DNA of 64,000 nucleotides from Escherichia coli (GTDB lineage Bacteria; Pseudomonadota; Gammaproteobacteria; Enterobacterales; Enterobacteriaceae): NCBI RefSeq assembly GCF_044647545.1, contig NZ_CP172818.1; one strand, 5' to 3'. Shown piece by piece: positions 1 to 10,784 of this stretch (position 1 is its first letter; each line of letters starts with the position of its first letter). The notes under the pieces were generated by a model. It saw only the letters and a program-made list of their open reading frames with translations, ran no database searches and was not told where the DNA came from. The position numbers and the translations under genes were made by a program.

Positions 1-477
1 CATATACACTCCAATATAATCATAGAATGTAAACAAGTATTCTCTGGTGTGTCTGTATGTTGGTCTTATCTATAAAAAAACTCAATTTAGTAATACTTAA
101 ACACTTTATGTAGATTTTATTAATTAATACATCTACAAAATACTTTCACCACTTCCCAACAAAAAAACATGCGAATTATCAACAAAAAAACAAACTATTA
201 TAATCAACAAAAATGAATTGCTTATAAAGCACACTAAAAAAAATTATAATGACCTTACCATCATTTATTGCTAAAATTTAATATTAATTAAACAAAAATA
301 TATATTCAAGACACAAACATTACTTCTTTATTTTATTACGGATCATAATGGGAAAAATAATAACTACGAGAATTATTAAATATTAACAAACATTTCAAGA
401 CAAGAGAAAAGAATGGAAAAAGATTGTATGACGGAGAAACTGCCCGGTGTACGCGCACGTAACCGGGCATTGATTGC
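1..477 (-). promoter_or_regulatory. Very AT-rich non-coding region; likely promoter/regulatory region of a leftward gene whose ATG is the reverse complement of positions 1-3 (yfcV-like fimbrial operon start)
   Basis: No ORF of 60 aa or more; strong A/T bias with many A-tracts; positions 1-12 reverse-complement to GGAGTGTATATG (RBS-like GGAG then ATG running out of the window); K-12 synteny places a fimbrial operon next to sixA. Confidence 0.4.
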
Positions 478-963
478 TTAAATTGCTTTTGCCATCTTCA
501 AATTACAAGGGCTCATTTGCCAGTTGAATTGGCCTTTTCCGCTTTCATCAAGCGTTACGCTGGCAATCGCTGACGTGGTAAACATAGGCGGCGTTTCGCC
601 CGGACATAACTCGGCAACCAGATACCCGACTAAGGGTAAGTGGGAGATCACCAGTACCGAAGCAACACCTTCATTGGTCAACGCCTGCAAATAGGCACTG
701 ACCAGACCAACATCGCCGCAGGGTGTTAACTCCGGCAGAACTTCTGCACTGGAAGGCAGGTTCAGACAATCCCCTACTTCTTCAAGTGTTTGCTCGGCTC
801 GCAGGAACGGGCTCACCAGAACGCGTTCGATTTCCACGTTTTGACCTTTCAGCCAGTTCGCCATCAGGCGAGATTCGTCACAACCGTTAGTAGTCAGAGG
901 ACGAACCGAATCACTGGCGGCATCGAGGGCTGCGTCGCCGTGACGCATGATAAAAACTTGCAT
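478..963 (-). CDS. sixA: Phosphohistidine phosphatase SixA
   Basis: 161 aa ORF with N-terminal RHG motif (MRHGDA), histidine phosphatase fold signature; synteny with fadJ. Confidence 0.9.
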   Translation of the reverse strand: MQVFIMRHGDAALDAASDSVRPLTTNGCDESRLMANWLKGQNVEIERVLVSPFLRAEQTLEEVGDCLNLPSSAEVLPELTPCGDVGLVSAYLQALTNEGVASVLVISHLPLVGYLVAELCPGETPPMFTTSAIASVTLDESGKGQFNWQMSPCNLKMAKAI

Positions 964-1165
964 ATTGCACCGCTTTTGTTAACCAGATTCGCCCGTTTTC
1001 TTTCATCTGAAACCAGAGAAAGAAAACGGTGGCCGGCATTGTGCCTTATCCATTCACCGAATGAAACGCTGTTTTTTACCTCAATGGCGTAAGTATAGTC
1101 AATATGCGTTTACATTTTGAGCAACACTCCGCCATTCAGCGCGGATTCATATAGCTTTGACCTTC

Positions 1166-3310
1166 TTATTGCAGGTCAGTTGCAGTTGTTTTCCAAAAAC
1201 TTTCCCCACGCTTGCTCATCTCGACTAAACGCTCGCAAGGGGTAAAACGGGAACCATACTGCGTGGCCAGTCGTTGCATTATTGCAACCACTTCGCCTGC
1301 GCCGAGAGAATCGATATAGCGGAACGGTCCACCGAGAAACGGCGGAAAACCAATGCCAAATACCGCGCCAATATCCCCGTCACGTACGCTACGGGTAACC
1401 TGCTCGTCCAGACAACGTACTGCTTCATTCAGCATCAACATCACACACCGTTCAGCAACCTGCGGTGCGGAGAGTCGCCCCTGCCCTTGTGCGCCAATGA
1501 GCGGGTAAATGGCGGGATCGACCTGTTTTTTGCTTTTACGCCCTTTCTGACCATAAAGATAGAAACCCCGGCCATTTTTTCTGCCTTTGCGATCGTCGTT
1601 CAAAATTGAAGAAACAACATTTGCAGGCGCGCTAAAACGTTCTCCATAAGCAGCTTCCAGTACAGGCATAATTTTAGTCCCGGTGTCGATTCCTACCTCA
1701 TCCAAAAGTTGGATTGGGCCTACCGGAAAACCAAATTTCACCAGCGCGGCATCGATATGCTCAATACGCTCGCCTTCGGTCAACATGCGGATAGCTTCAT
1801 TGATGTAAGGCGCTAAAATGCGATTGACGTAAAACCCGGCTTTGTCACGCACGACAATTGGCGTTTTGCCCTGTTTTTTCGCCAGTTTTACCGTGGTGGC
1901 GATGGTTTGCGCCGATGTACTCGCATGAGGAATAATCTCCACCAGCGGCATTTTTTCCACCGGACTGAAGAAATGCAGGCCAATAACTTGCTCAGGTCGC
2001 GCGGCGTGAGCGGCGATATCGCCAATCGGTAAAGATGACGTGTTCGAAGCAAAGATGGTATGAGTAGCGCAATTTTGCTCCACTTCCGCCACCATCTGTT
2101 GTTTTAATTCGAGATTTTCAAACACCGCTTCAATAATCAGATCGCGATGGGCAAAGCCGCAATAGTCCGTCGTTCCGGAGATTAAAGCCAGCTGTTTGTC
2201 ACGTTCGCTGGCTTTGAGATGACGACGGCGAACTTTGCCCTCCAACTGATCCCAGCTGTACTTCAATGCATGATTTATGCCCTGCGGGTTGATATCTTTA
2301 ATTCTGACCGGAAGCCCCGCTTTACAAGCAGTGACGTAAGCAATACCGCCGCCCATCAAGCCACCACCTAAAATTCCCACGCTGTTTAATGGCGCAGGCG
2401 GCGCATCACTGCCGGGATCTTTTTTCACTTCCGTACTGGCAAAAAAGATATTGCGCAGCGCCTGCGATTGCGGCGTCATCGCCAGTTCTCCAAACGCCCG
2501 TGCTTCAGCGTCATAGCCGCTACTGGTGCCCTGCGCTAATCCCGTTTCGACAACCTCCAGGATGCGTTCTGTCGCCGGATAGTTACTTTGAGTTTTGTGT
2601 TCTGTTTTCTTGCCGACCATTTTGAACAGCAGCGCACGACCTAACGGCCCCGCCAGAATACGCTCGCGTACAGGTAGAGGGCGTGAAGATGGACGATCCT
2701 GCTTTGCCAGCTCAACAGCGGCTTCCAGCAATATGGAGTGCGGAACGACGTCATCCACCAGCCCCAGTTTTAAAGCCTGCTTTGCCCGTAGTTGCTTGCC
2801 CGTGAGGATCATCTCCAGCGCGGTGCTGACGCCAATCAGGCGCGGTAAACGCTGGGTGCCGCCTGAACCGGGTAACAATCCAAGTTGTACTTCAGGCAAA
2901 CCGAGCACCGTTTTAGCATCATCAGTACACACGCGACCGTGGCACGCCAGCGCCAACTCCAGCCCGCCGCCCAGGCAAGCGCCATGAATAGCCGCGATAA
3001 CCGGAACGGGCAAAGCATGAATCTCCGCCATTAACTGTTGCCCCTGCCGCGCCAGTACTTCCGCTTCTTGCGCCGTTTTGCAATTGCCGATCATGTTGAT
3101 GTCTGCGCCAGCAATGAAGTTGTCTGGTTTCGCGGAGATAAACACCACGCCGCGCAACTCTTTGTTTTCACGGAGTTGCTTAATAATGGCGCGCACCTGC
3201 GAGGCAAATTCCGCCTTCAGGGTATTCATTTTCTCACCCGGTACGTCGATGGTGATGATAGCAATGTTGTCCAGACGAACATTAAGAGTAAACGCTGATG
3301 CCATTTCCAT
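1166..3310 (-). CDS. fadJ: Anaerobic fatty acid oxidation complex alpha subunit (enoyl-CoA hydratase / 3-hydroxyacyl-CoA dehydrogenase)
   Basis: 714 aa ORF with crotonase and 3-hydroxyacyl-CoA dehydrogenase regions; start overlaps fadI stop at 3310. Confidence 0.9.
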   Translation of the reverse strand: MEMASAFTLNVRLDNIAIITIDVPGEKMNTLKAEFASQVRAIIKQLRENKELRGVVFISAKPDNFIAGADINMIGNCKTAQEAEVLARQGQQLMAEIHALPVPVIAAIHGACLGGGLELALACHGRVCTDDAKTVLGLPEVQLGLLPGSGGTQRLPRLIGVSTALEMILTGKQLRAKQALKLGLVDDVVPHSILLEAAVELAKQDRPSSRPLPVRERILAGPLGRALLFKMVGKKTEHKTQSNYPATERILEVVETGLAQGTSSGYDAEARAFGELAMTPQSQALRNIFFASTEVKKDPGSDAPPAPLNSVGILGGGLMGGGIAYVTACKAGLPVRIKDINPQGINHALKYSWDQLEGKVRRRHLKASERDKQLALISGTTDYCGFAHRDLIIEAVFENLELKQQMVAEVEQNCATHTIFASNTSSLPIGDIAAHAARPEQVIGLHFFSPVEKMPLVEIIPHASTSAQTIATTVKLAKKQGKTPIVVRDKAGFYVNRILAPYINEAIRMLTEGERIEHIDAALVKFGFPVGPIQLLDEVGIDTGTKIMPVLEAAYGERFSAPANVVSSILNDDRKGRKNGRGFYLYGQKGRKSKKQVDPAIYPLIGAQGQGRLSAPQVAERCVMLMLNEAVRCLDEQVTRSVRDGDIGAVFGIGFPPFLGGPFRYIDSLGAGEVVAIMQRLATQYGSRFTPCERLVEMSKRGESFWKTTATDLQ

Positions 3311-4620
3311 TATTCCGCCTCCACAACCATTGCTGCGCCAAGTCCACCCGCAGCACAGGCGGTCACTAAACCAAATCCACCGCCGCGACGGCGAAGTTCA
3401 TGCAATGTCTGGGTAATCATCCGCGCGCCGGTCGCTGCGAAGGGATGCCCGTAAGCAATCGAACCGCCAAGCACGTTAAATTTGCTCTCGTCCACTTCGC
3501 CAGTGGCATGTGCACGCCCCAGTACATCACGAGCAAAACGTTCGCTACCCAGCAACTGAATATTCGCCAGTGTCTGAGCTGCAAAGGCTTCGTGCATATC
3601 GATCAATGTCAGATCGCTCATTGTCAAACCGGCACGTTCCAGCGCCAGCGGCGTTGACCAGGCCGGGCCGAGCAACATGTCCTGCCAGACATCTATCGCA
3701 GTAAATGCGTAGCTGCGCAGATACCCCAGCGGTACCAGCCCTAATTCTTTCGCCCGGGATTCAGTCATCAGGATCACCGCCGCTGCGCCATCGGTCAGTG
3801 GTGTACTGTTCGCCGCCGTTACCGTCCCGTGTTTACGATCAAACGCCGGACGCAGCTTTGCGTAATCAGCAAGAGAGGAATTACCGCGAATATTGTTGTC
3901 TTCGACAAGCGGTTGTTTATAAGGAGGGATAAAGGCAGTCATCACCTCTTCTTTGAGTTTACCGTCTGACCACGCCTGAGCGGCACGCTGATGCGAACGG
4001 TGCGCCAGTGCATCTTGCTGTTCGCGAGTAATACCGTAGGTTTTCGCCATTTGTTCGGCGGTGTCCCCCATCCGCAAGCCGGTAGAATACTCTGCTACCG
4101 CAGGCGGTACGGGCATTAAGTCGCGTAAACGCAGGCGAGAGAAGAGTTTCAGGCGCTGGCTCATGGTTCGAGCTTTGTTGACATCAACCAGCACGCGCGC
4201 CAGTTTTTTACTGACGCCAATGGGCAATACGGAAGAAGAATCGGCCCCACCGGCAATCCCCGCGCGAATAGTTCCCGCCATCAGACTTTCTGCGACGTTT
4301 GCAATCGCCTGGAAACTGGTAGCGCAAGCGCGGCTGACGCTGTAAGCATCGGTATGCACATTCATTCCGGTACCGAGAACAATTTCACGCGCAATGTTGG
4401 GGGCTTCAGGCATTTGTACGACCTGACCAAAAACCAGTTGTTCAATCACTTCGGCGGGGATCTCGGTGCGTGCCAGCAATTCGCCTACCACCATCTTCCC
4501 TAAATCAACCGCGGGAATGCCATGAAAAGCCGTCGCCTGGCGGGCAAAAGGCGTACGTAAACCGCTAACAATGGCGATACGATCGCCCTGGCGGGTAACC
4601 AGCGGTAAAACCTGACCCAT
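3310..4620 (-). CDS. fadI: 3-ketoacyl-CoA thiolase, anaerobic beta-oxidation
   Basis: 436 aa ORF, thiolase family (C-terminal [18 protein letters not shown]); upstream of fadJ in one operon. Confidence 0.9.
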   Translation of the reverse strand: MGQVLPLVTRQGDRIAIVSGLRTPFARQATAFHGIPAVDLGKMVVGELLARTEIPAEVIEQLVFGQVVQMPEAPNIAREIVLGTGMNVHTDAYSVSRACATSFQAIANVAESLMAGTIRAGIAGGADSSSVLPIGVSKKLARVLVDVNKARTMSQRLKLFSRLRLRDLMPVPPAVAEYSTGLRMGDTAEQMAKTYGITREQQDALAHRSHQRAAQAWSDGKLKEEVMTAFIPPYKQPLVEDNNIRGNSSLADYAKLRPAFDRKHGTVTAANSTPLTDGAAAVILMTESRAKELGLVPLGYLRSYAFTAIDVWQDMLLGPAWSTPLALERAGLTMSDLTLIDMHEAFAAQTLANIQLLGSERFARDVLGRAHATGEVDESKFNVLGGSIAYGHPFAATGARMITQTLHELRRRGGGFGLVTACAAGGLGAAMVVEAE

Positions 4621-4647
4621 AACACTCCCCTGTAAAATAATAAATAA

Positions 4648-4664
4648 AGTGGTCTGACCTGATC
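4648..4664. promoter_or_regulatory. Candidate FadR operator in the fadIJ promoter region
   Basis: AAGTGGTCTGACCTGAT resembles the FadR consensus half-sites (TGGTCnGACC) just upstream of the fadI start. Confidence 0.5.
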
Positions 4665-4800
4665 ATAGTCTTAACCATTTTTTTACATTTAGCCAAGTGG
4701 AGAAAAGGGAAAGTGGGAGCTATGACACAGAGAGAAAAGTAGAAGAGAAAATAAAACGCCCCCGCCAGGAACTGACAGGGGCGTACGTACCCGAGAGGAA

Positions 4801-5085
4801 TTAACGCAGACCCAGCTGGAAGATCAACATTTCAGCTTCGCAGGCAAAAGTGAAATCGATATCCAGGCGTACACCGTCAGACTCTTCAGTGAAAGTCGGG
4901 GTGATTTTGCACGGTTCGGATTCCACGCTACGGGCTTTTTCAGTCAGCGCCGCCAGCGTTTGTTCTGCTTCTGCGCGGTTTGCAAACACGCGGCTGTAAG
5001 ACGCGGTGCAGTCGGAGTTGTCCATAATGGTGCCAACATCCATACAGCAGCAAACCGGGGTTTCATCAGCACTACATTTACTCAT
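4801..5085 (-). CDS. yfcZ: Small conserved protein YfcZ (UPF0381)
   Basis: ORF track gives 102 aa; the internal Met start MSKCSADETPV... gives the 94 aa form I recall for K-12 YfcZ. Confidence 0.8.
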   Translation of the reverse strand: MSKCSADETPVCCCMDVGTIMDNSDCTASYSRVFANRAEAEQTLAALTEKARSVESEPCKITPTFTEESDGVRLDIDFTFACEAEMLIFQLGLR

Positions 5086-5330
5086 CGTTGATTTCCTCTG
5101 TATGTGCACCCAAGGTGCCAGATAAACGTTGTGGATATTTTACGCTTCCGGAAAGTGCTGCTCCAGTTGTTAATTCTGCAAAATCGGATAAGTGACCGAA
5201 ATCACACTTAAAAATGATCTAAAACAAAATTCACCCGAATCCATGAGTGCGCCACCTCCAAATTTTGCCAGCTGGATCGCGTTTCTTAGATCATATTTGA
5301 AAAAAGATAGAAACATACTTGCAACATTCC

Positions 5331-5372
5331 AGCTGGTCCGACCTATACTCTCGCCACTGGTCTGATTTCTAA
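5331..5372. promoter_or_regulatory. Two candidate FadR operators in the fadL promoter
   Basis: AGCTGGTCCGACCTATACT (5331-5349) and CACTGGTCTGATTTCTA (5356-5372), both matching the TGGTCnGA FadR core, about 100 bp upstream of fadL. Confidence 0.6.
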
Positions 5373-5456
5373 GATGTACCTCAGACCCTACACTTCGCGC
5401 TCCTGTTACAGCACGTAACATAGTTTGTATAAAAATAAATCATTGAGGTTATGGTC

Positions 5457-6797
5457 ATGAGCCAGAAAACCCTGTTTACAAAGTCTGCTCTCGCAGTCGC
5501 AGTGGCACTTATCTCCACCCAGGCCTGGTCGGCAGGCTTTCAGTTAAACGAATTTTCTTCCTCTGGCCTGGGCCGGGCTTATTCAGGGGAAGGCGCAATT
5601 GCCGATGATGCAGGTAACGTTAGCCGTAACCCCGCATTGATTACCATGTTTGACCGCCCGACATTTTCTGCGGGTGCGGTTTATATTGATCCGGATGTAA
5701 ATATCAGCGGAACGTCTCCATCTGGCCGTAGCCTGAAAGCCGATAACATCGCGCCTACGGCATGGGTTCCGAACATGCACTTTGTTGCACCGATTAACGA
5801 CCAATTTGGTTGGGGCGCTTCTATTACCTCTAACTATGGCCTGGCAACAGAGTTTAACGATACTTATGCAGGCGGCTCTGTCGGGGGTACAACCGACCTT
5901 GAAACCATGAACCTGAACTTAAGCGGTGCGTATCGCTTAAATAATGCATGGAGCTTTGGTCTTGGTTTCAACGCCGTCTACGCTCGCGCGAAAATTGAAC
6001 GTTTCGCAGGCGATCTGGGGCAGCTGGTTGCTGGTCAGATTATGCAATCTCCTGCCAGGCAGACTCCTCAGGGGCAAGCATTAGCAGCTACCGCCAACGG
6101 CATCGACAGTAATACCAAAATCGCTCACCTGAACGGTAACCAGTGGGGCTTTGGCTGGAACGCCGGGATCCTGTACGAACTGGATAAAAACAACCGCTAC
6201 GCATTGACCTACCGCTCTGAAGTGAAAATTGACTTCAAGGGTAACTACAGCAGCGATCTTAACCCGGCTTTTAATAACTACGGTTTGCCAATTCCTACCG
6301 CGACAGGTGGCGCAACGCAATCGGGTTATCTGACGCTGAACCTGCCTGAAATGTGGGAAGTGTCGGGTTATAACCGTGTTGATCCGCAGTGGGCGATTCA
6401 CTATAGCCTGGCTTACACCAGCTGGAGTCAGTTCCAGCAGCTGAAAGCGACCTCAACGAGTGGCGACACGCTGTTCCAGAAACATGAAGGCTTTAAAGAT
6501 GCTTACCGCATCGCGTTGGGAACCACTTATTACTACGATGATAACTGGACCTTCCGTACCGGTATCGCCTTTGATGACAGCCCAGTTCCGGCACAGAATC
6601 GTTCTATCTCCATTCCGGACCAGGACCGTTTCTGGCTGAGTGCAGGTACGACTTACGCATTTAATAAAGATGCTTCAGTCGATGTTGGTGTTTCTTATAT
6701 GCACGGTCAGAGCGTGAAAATTAACGAAGGCCCATACCAGTTCGAGTCTGAAGGTAAAGCCTGGCTGTTCGGTACTAACTTTAACTACGCGTTCTGA
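5457..6797 (+). CDS. fadL: Long-chain fatty acid outer membrane transporter FadL
   Basis: ORF 5451-6797 (448 aa); start chosen at MSQKTLF (446 aa); signal peptide then beta-barrel ending in terminal Phe. Confidence 0.9.
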   Translation: MSQKTLFTKSALAVAVALISTQAWSAGFQLNEFSSSGLGRAYSGEGAIADDAGNVSRNPALITMFDRPTFSAGAVYIDPDVNISGTSPSGRSLKADNIAPTAWVPNMHFVAPINDQFGWGASITSNYGLATEFNDTYAGGSVGGTTDLETMNLNLSGAYRLNNAWSFGLGFNAVYARAKIERFAGDLGQLVAGQIMQSPARQTPQGQALAATANGIDSNTKIAHLNGNQWGFGWNAGILYELDKNNRYALTYRSEVKIDFKGNYSSDLNPAFNNYGLPIPTATGGATQSGYLTLNLPEMWEVSGYNRVDPQWAIHYSLAYTSWSQFQQLKATSTSGDTLFQKHEGFKDAYRIALGTTYYYDDNWTFRTGIAFDDSPVPAQNRSISIPDQDRFWLSAGTTYAFNKDASVDVGVSYMHGQSVKINEGPYQFESEGKAWLFGTNFNYAF

Positions 6798-6814
6798 TAA
6801 CGCGTTCGCCTGGA

Positions 6815-6845
6815 TAAAGTCACCTGCTATGCAGGTGACTTTAAC
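6815..6845 (+). terminator. Hairpin downstream of fadL (putative intrinsic terminator)
   Basis: Inverted repeat AGTCACCTGC / GCAGGTGACT followed by a T-containing tail. Confidence 0.45.
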
Positions 6846-7163
6846 TCCCACACTTCAACGAAAGTTGTTTCCTCATTGCTTGCCTCCTGAGTTTTGCAAA
6901 CAGCCTGATGGTAGCTTGCCCTTTCAAATCATTAAGTGGTATCCACAGACAAACCTGAAGGGAAAGGCTTATTTTCAGGCGTTCTGCTCGTCTTTCTCAA
7001 AGAGTTTACTTTTCTGAATTTCCAGGATACTCAAACCACCCTGGCTATTGTGCGCTCATACACTCAAATTAAAGATAGGGTCTAAATAAATGAGCGTTTT
7101 TTGATAGTCTATTTTATCAGGTAATATATATTTGTAACAAATCAATCAACATGGAATAAAATC

Positions 7164-8223
7164 ATGCTACCATCTATTTCAATCAACAATACCAGCGCAG
7201 CTTACACAGAATCCATCAATGAAAATAACAATGATGAAGTTAATATATTAGTACAAGAGCTCAAAAACCTTTTTAATGGTAAGCAAGGAATAAGCACCTG
7301 TGTTAAACATCTACTTGCGCTTATAAAAAACGCCATACGAGGAAACGACAATCCTGATAGATTTAATATTAATAATTCCTCAGTTACTTATATTGATATT
7401 GGCTCCAATGATACAGACTATATTACTATTGGTATCGATAACCAAGAAACAATAAAATTACTTGCGAGCTATAAAGACAAAGAACTCGTCCGTGCTATCA
7501 TTAATGACAACATAGTTGAGAAGAAAAAAAACTCATGATATCAATAACAAGGAAATGATCTTCAGCGCATTAAAAGAAATATATGATGGAGATCCTGATT
7601 TTATCTTCAATAAGATATCACAAAAACTCAGACATACGATAACGGAATTTGATGAGAATGGGAAAAGCGAACCAACGGACTTATTTACCTGGTACGGTAA
7701 AGATAAAAAAGGCGATTCTCTCGCTATTGTAATTAAAAATAAAAACGGAAATGATTACTTATCTCTCGGTTACTATGATCAGGACGACTACCACATTCAA
7801 AGAGGAATTCGTATTAATGGTGATAGTCTCACCCAATATTGTAGTGAAAAAGCCAGGAATGCTTCAGCGTGGTTTGAAAGCAGTAAAGCTATCATGGCAG
7901 AATCATTTGCAACAGGTTCCGATCATCAGGTTGTAAACGAGCTCAACGGGGAAAGACTGAGAGAGCCAAACGAAGTTTTTAAACGTTTAGGTCGAGCAAT
8001 AAGATATAATTTTCAAGTGGACGATGCAAAATTTAGACGCGATAATGTAAAAGAAATAATTTCTACTTTAGTCGATAACGAAGTTGACCTTTCTCAAAAT
8101 AAATATGACCACTTTAAGGAAATCGAAGATAAAGTTGAAAAAAGGCTTCAAAATCGCCAGGCTAAATATCAAAATGAAATTAATCAACTATCTGCATTGG
8201 GTGTTAATTTTGATGATAATTAA
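7164..8223 (+). pseudogene. yfdF: yfdF homolog interrupted by a +1 frameshift in an A8 homopolymer (7524-7531)
   Basis: Two ORFs (7164-7538 and 7516-8223) in adjacent frames overlap at the A-run; removing one A gives a continuous 352-codon frame reading ...IVEKKKTHDINNKEMIF... Confidence 0.75.
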
Positions 8224-8360
8224 AATTGTCCAGTTTTTTTGATTTTTCAACGTCTGAATATCGGAAACAGACAATGACGAACATCAGTATTTTTACATAA
8301 TTATGTCCAGGTCATTGTCGGTTTATCTTCTTTTACTTGGGGTAATTGAGGGATAACAAC

Positions 8361-8392
8361 AAAAAAGGTGAGTTTTGTGACTCACCTTTTTT
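8361..8392. terminator. Bidirectional rho-independent terminator between yfdF and mlaA
   Basis: AAAAAAGGTGAGT-TTTGTG-ACTCACCTTTTTT: 7-bp GC-containing stem flanked by an A-run and a T-run. Confidence 0.7.
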
Positions 8393-8401
8393 ATTTGTTT
8401 C

Positions 8402-9157
8402 TTATTCAGAATCGATATCTTTTAAATCATCCTGAATCGCTTGCGCGTTCGGATTTTCCTGCGGTTTGAGTTCGCCGCCATTAGCGATGAAATCATGACG
8501 CTGGAAGTACGCTTCGCGCACCATAATATAAGGATCGGACGACTGACGCAGCAGACCGTCGGAATCCAACAACTGCGCACGAGTTTCTATCCCTTCAAGC
8601 GTCCATTTACCCACAGACATCGGCCAGGTCAGCCAAGAAAGAACCGGGTAAAGACCATCCGCCATATCACCACCGTCATCACGCAGCGTGAAGCTACCGT
8701 AGAACGGTAACTGAACGTATGGCCCATAACCCACACCATAATGACCAAGCGTACTACCGAAGCGGTGAGGTTCAGTCCGTTGCAGTTTCGGGTTCGCCAT
8801 CCCTGCAACATCAATAAAGCCGCCCATCCCCAAAATGGTGTTCAGGAAAAAGCGGGTAAAGTGGACCATCCCCTGATAAGGGTCGCCCTGCAAAAAGTAG
8901 TTAACCATCACCGCAGGTTCTTCAAGGTTGCCAGTAAAGTTGCTCAAACCGTTACGCGCCGGTTGCGGAACATAATCACGCCAGGCGACAGCGACCGGTC
9001 GAACAATATACGGGTCTAATACATTGAAGTTGAAGTTGTACATGGTGCGGTTGAACCCTTCTAACGGGTCAGAACGCCCTTGCTGATCTGTACCGGAACT
9101 CGCACACCCCACCAGAAGCGTAGTTCCCAGAGCAAGCGCCGACAGGCGAAGCTTCAT
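8402..9157 (-). CDS. mlaA: Outer-membrane lipoprotein MlaA (VacJ), phospholipid asymmetry maintenance
   Basis: 251 aa ORF with lipoprotein signal peptide (LLVGC lipobox). Confidence 0.9.
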   Translation of the reverse strand: MKLRLSALALGTTLLVGCASSGTDQQGRSDPLEGFNRTMYNFNFNVLDPYIVRPVAVAWRDYVPQPARNGLSNFTGNLEEPAVMVNYFLQGDPYQGMVHFTRFFLNTILGMGGFIDVAGMANPKLQRTEPHRFGSTLGHYGVGYGPYVQLPFYGSFTLRDDGGDMADGLYPVLSWLTWPMSVGKWTLEGIETRAQLLDSDGLLRQSSDPYIMVREAYFQRHDFIANGGELKPQENPNAQAIQDDLKDIDSE

Positions 9158-9450
9158 AAATGTCTCCCTGTTTTTTTATGGCTTATGCAGTTTGCCATCC
9201 ATGACGGAACGATACCGTATCCGCCTGTTTAGGTGTGGGCGATTGTAACAGCACGTCAACTGATGTCCAGACGCCCTGATTTGCTGATTTGATCATAGCC
9301 TGGTAATCGCCGCCCTGTAGGCTACTTGATTCTATAGAAACAGAAAAAGGCAAACGCGGCCTTTTCTACATTTTCAGAGTAACTCCCGCCAGTTGCGAGC
9401 AAAAAAGCCGCTACGCTTTAGCTATACGTGCTAATTCAAGAGAAGAGACC

Positions 9451-10383
9451 ATGGACAACGACAAAATTGATCAACACAGCGACGAAATTGAAGTTGAGAG
9501 CGAAGAAAAAGAGCGCGGCAAAAAAATAGAAATAGATGAAGATCGACTCCCCTCCCGGGCGATGGCAATTCATGAGCATATCCGCCAGGATGGTGAAAAA
9601 GAGCTGGAACGCGACGCAATGGCACTACTGTGGTCAGCCATTGCGGCGGGTCTGTCGATGGGCGCTTCATTACTGGCAAAAGGGATATTTCATGTCGAAC
9701 TGGAAGGTGTGCCGGGCAGCTTCTTGCTGGAGAATCTCGGTTATACCTTTGGTTTTATTATCGTCATTATGGCCCGCCAGCAATTATTTACCGAAAACAC
9801 CGTGACTGCGGTACTACCCGTCATGCAAAAACCGACAATGAGCAACGTTGGCTTACTTATGCGGTTATGGGGCGTCGTGCTGCTGGGTAATATTCTCGGG
9901 ACAGGTATTGCGGCGTGGGCATTTGAATATATGCCAATCTTCAATGAAGAAACTCGCGATGCATTTGTCAAAATCGGCATGGATGTGATGAAGAACACCC
10001 CCAGCGAGATGTTTGCCAACGCGATCATTTCCGGCTGGCTGATCGCCACTATGGTATGGATGTTTCCTGCAGCGGGTGCGGCAAAGATTGTGGTGATTAT
10101 ATTGATGACCTGGCTTATTGCCCTGGGTGACACCACCCACATCGTTGTCGGTTCTGTTGAAATCCTCTATCTGGTGTTTAACGGCACGCTGCACTGGAGC
10201 GATTTCATCTGGCCCTTCGCACTACCTACTTTAGCGGGGAACATCTGCGGCGGCACCTTTATCTTCGCGTTAATGAGTCATGCACAGATTCGTAACGACA
10301 TGAGCAACAAGCGCAAAGCAGAAGCACGCCAAAAAGCAGAACGTGCGGAAAACATTAAGAAAAATGATAAAAACCCGGCATAA
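9451..10383 (+). CDS. yfdC: Formate/nitrite transporter family inner-membrane protein YfdC
   Basis: 310 aa ORF, multi-pass membrane protein with FNT-like hydrophobic segments; synteny with mlaA. Confidence 0.85.
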   Translation: MDNDKIDQHSDEIEVESEEKERGKKIEIDEDRLPSRAMAIHEHIRQDGEKELERDAMALLWSAIAAGLSMGASLLAKGIFHVELEGVPGSFLLENLGYTFGFIIVIMARQQLFTENTVTAVLPVMQKPTMSNVGLLMRLWGVVLLGNILGTGIAAWAFEYMPIFNEETRDAFVKIGMDVMKNTPSEMFANAIISGWLIATMVWMFPAAGAAKIVVIILMTWLIALGDTTHIVVGSVEILYLVFNGTLHWSDFIWPFALPTLAGNICGGTFIFALMSHAQIRNDMSNKRKAEARQKAERAENIKKNDKNPA

Positions 10384-10458
10384 ATGGCGAGGGTTTAAGC
10401 AATCGAGCGGCAGTGTACTTACCCCGCAGTCCATTAGCGGGTATACTCATGCGGCATT

Positions 10459-10498
10459 GTCCTCTTAGTTAAATGGATATAACGAGCCCCTCCTAAGG
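10459..10498 (+). pseudogene. argW: 5' fragment (nt 1-40) of tRNA-Arg(CCU) gene argW; 3' half absent
   Basis: GTCCTCTTAGTTAAATGGATATAACGAGCCCCTCCTAAGG folds as acceptor 5' strand, D-arm, anticodon stem 5' strand and CCT anticodon loop, then stops; no T-arm or acceptor 3' strand follows. Confidence 0.75.
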
Positions 10499-10508
10499 CT
10501 ATTGTCGA

Positions 10509-10784
10509 TTAAGGAGGGTATGGGGGATTACCAAAGGCAGCCCCTTTAAGCTCCGCAAGACGTTCTGACCAGTCATGCGCCAGCGCGTTGTCTTCCGCCG
10601 TGTAATACGCAGCACATTTGGCGTTATCACCGTCAGTGAACAGATCCAGAACAAACGGGCCAAACAGGGTGTTAATTCCCCAGAAAATGTTGTCCGGCGT
10701 GCGCCACTGATCACCCACTTCCTTCAGTTCATGGGCTGGTTTGTTCCGCAGTTCCACCAACTCCTGGCAATATTTATTACTCAT
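10509..10784 (-). pseudogene. yfdM: Truncated phage-type DNA N6-adenine methyltransferase (yfdM-like); ends 2 aa after the NPPY catalytic motif
   Basis: 91 aa from MSNKY..; WRTP...NAKC...NPPY motifs typical of phage Dam-like MTases; stop directly abuts the argW fragment junction; start overlaps yfdN stop (TAATG). Confidence 0.65.
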
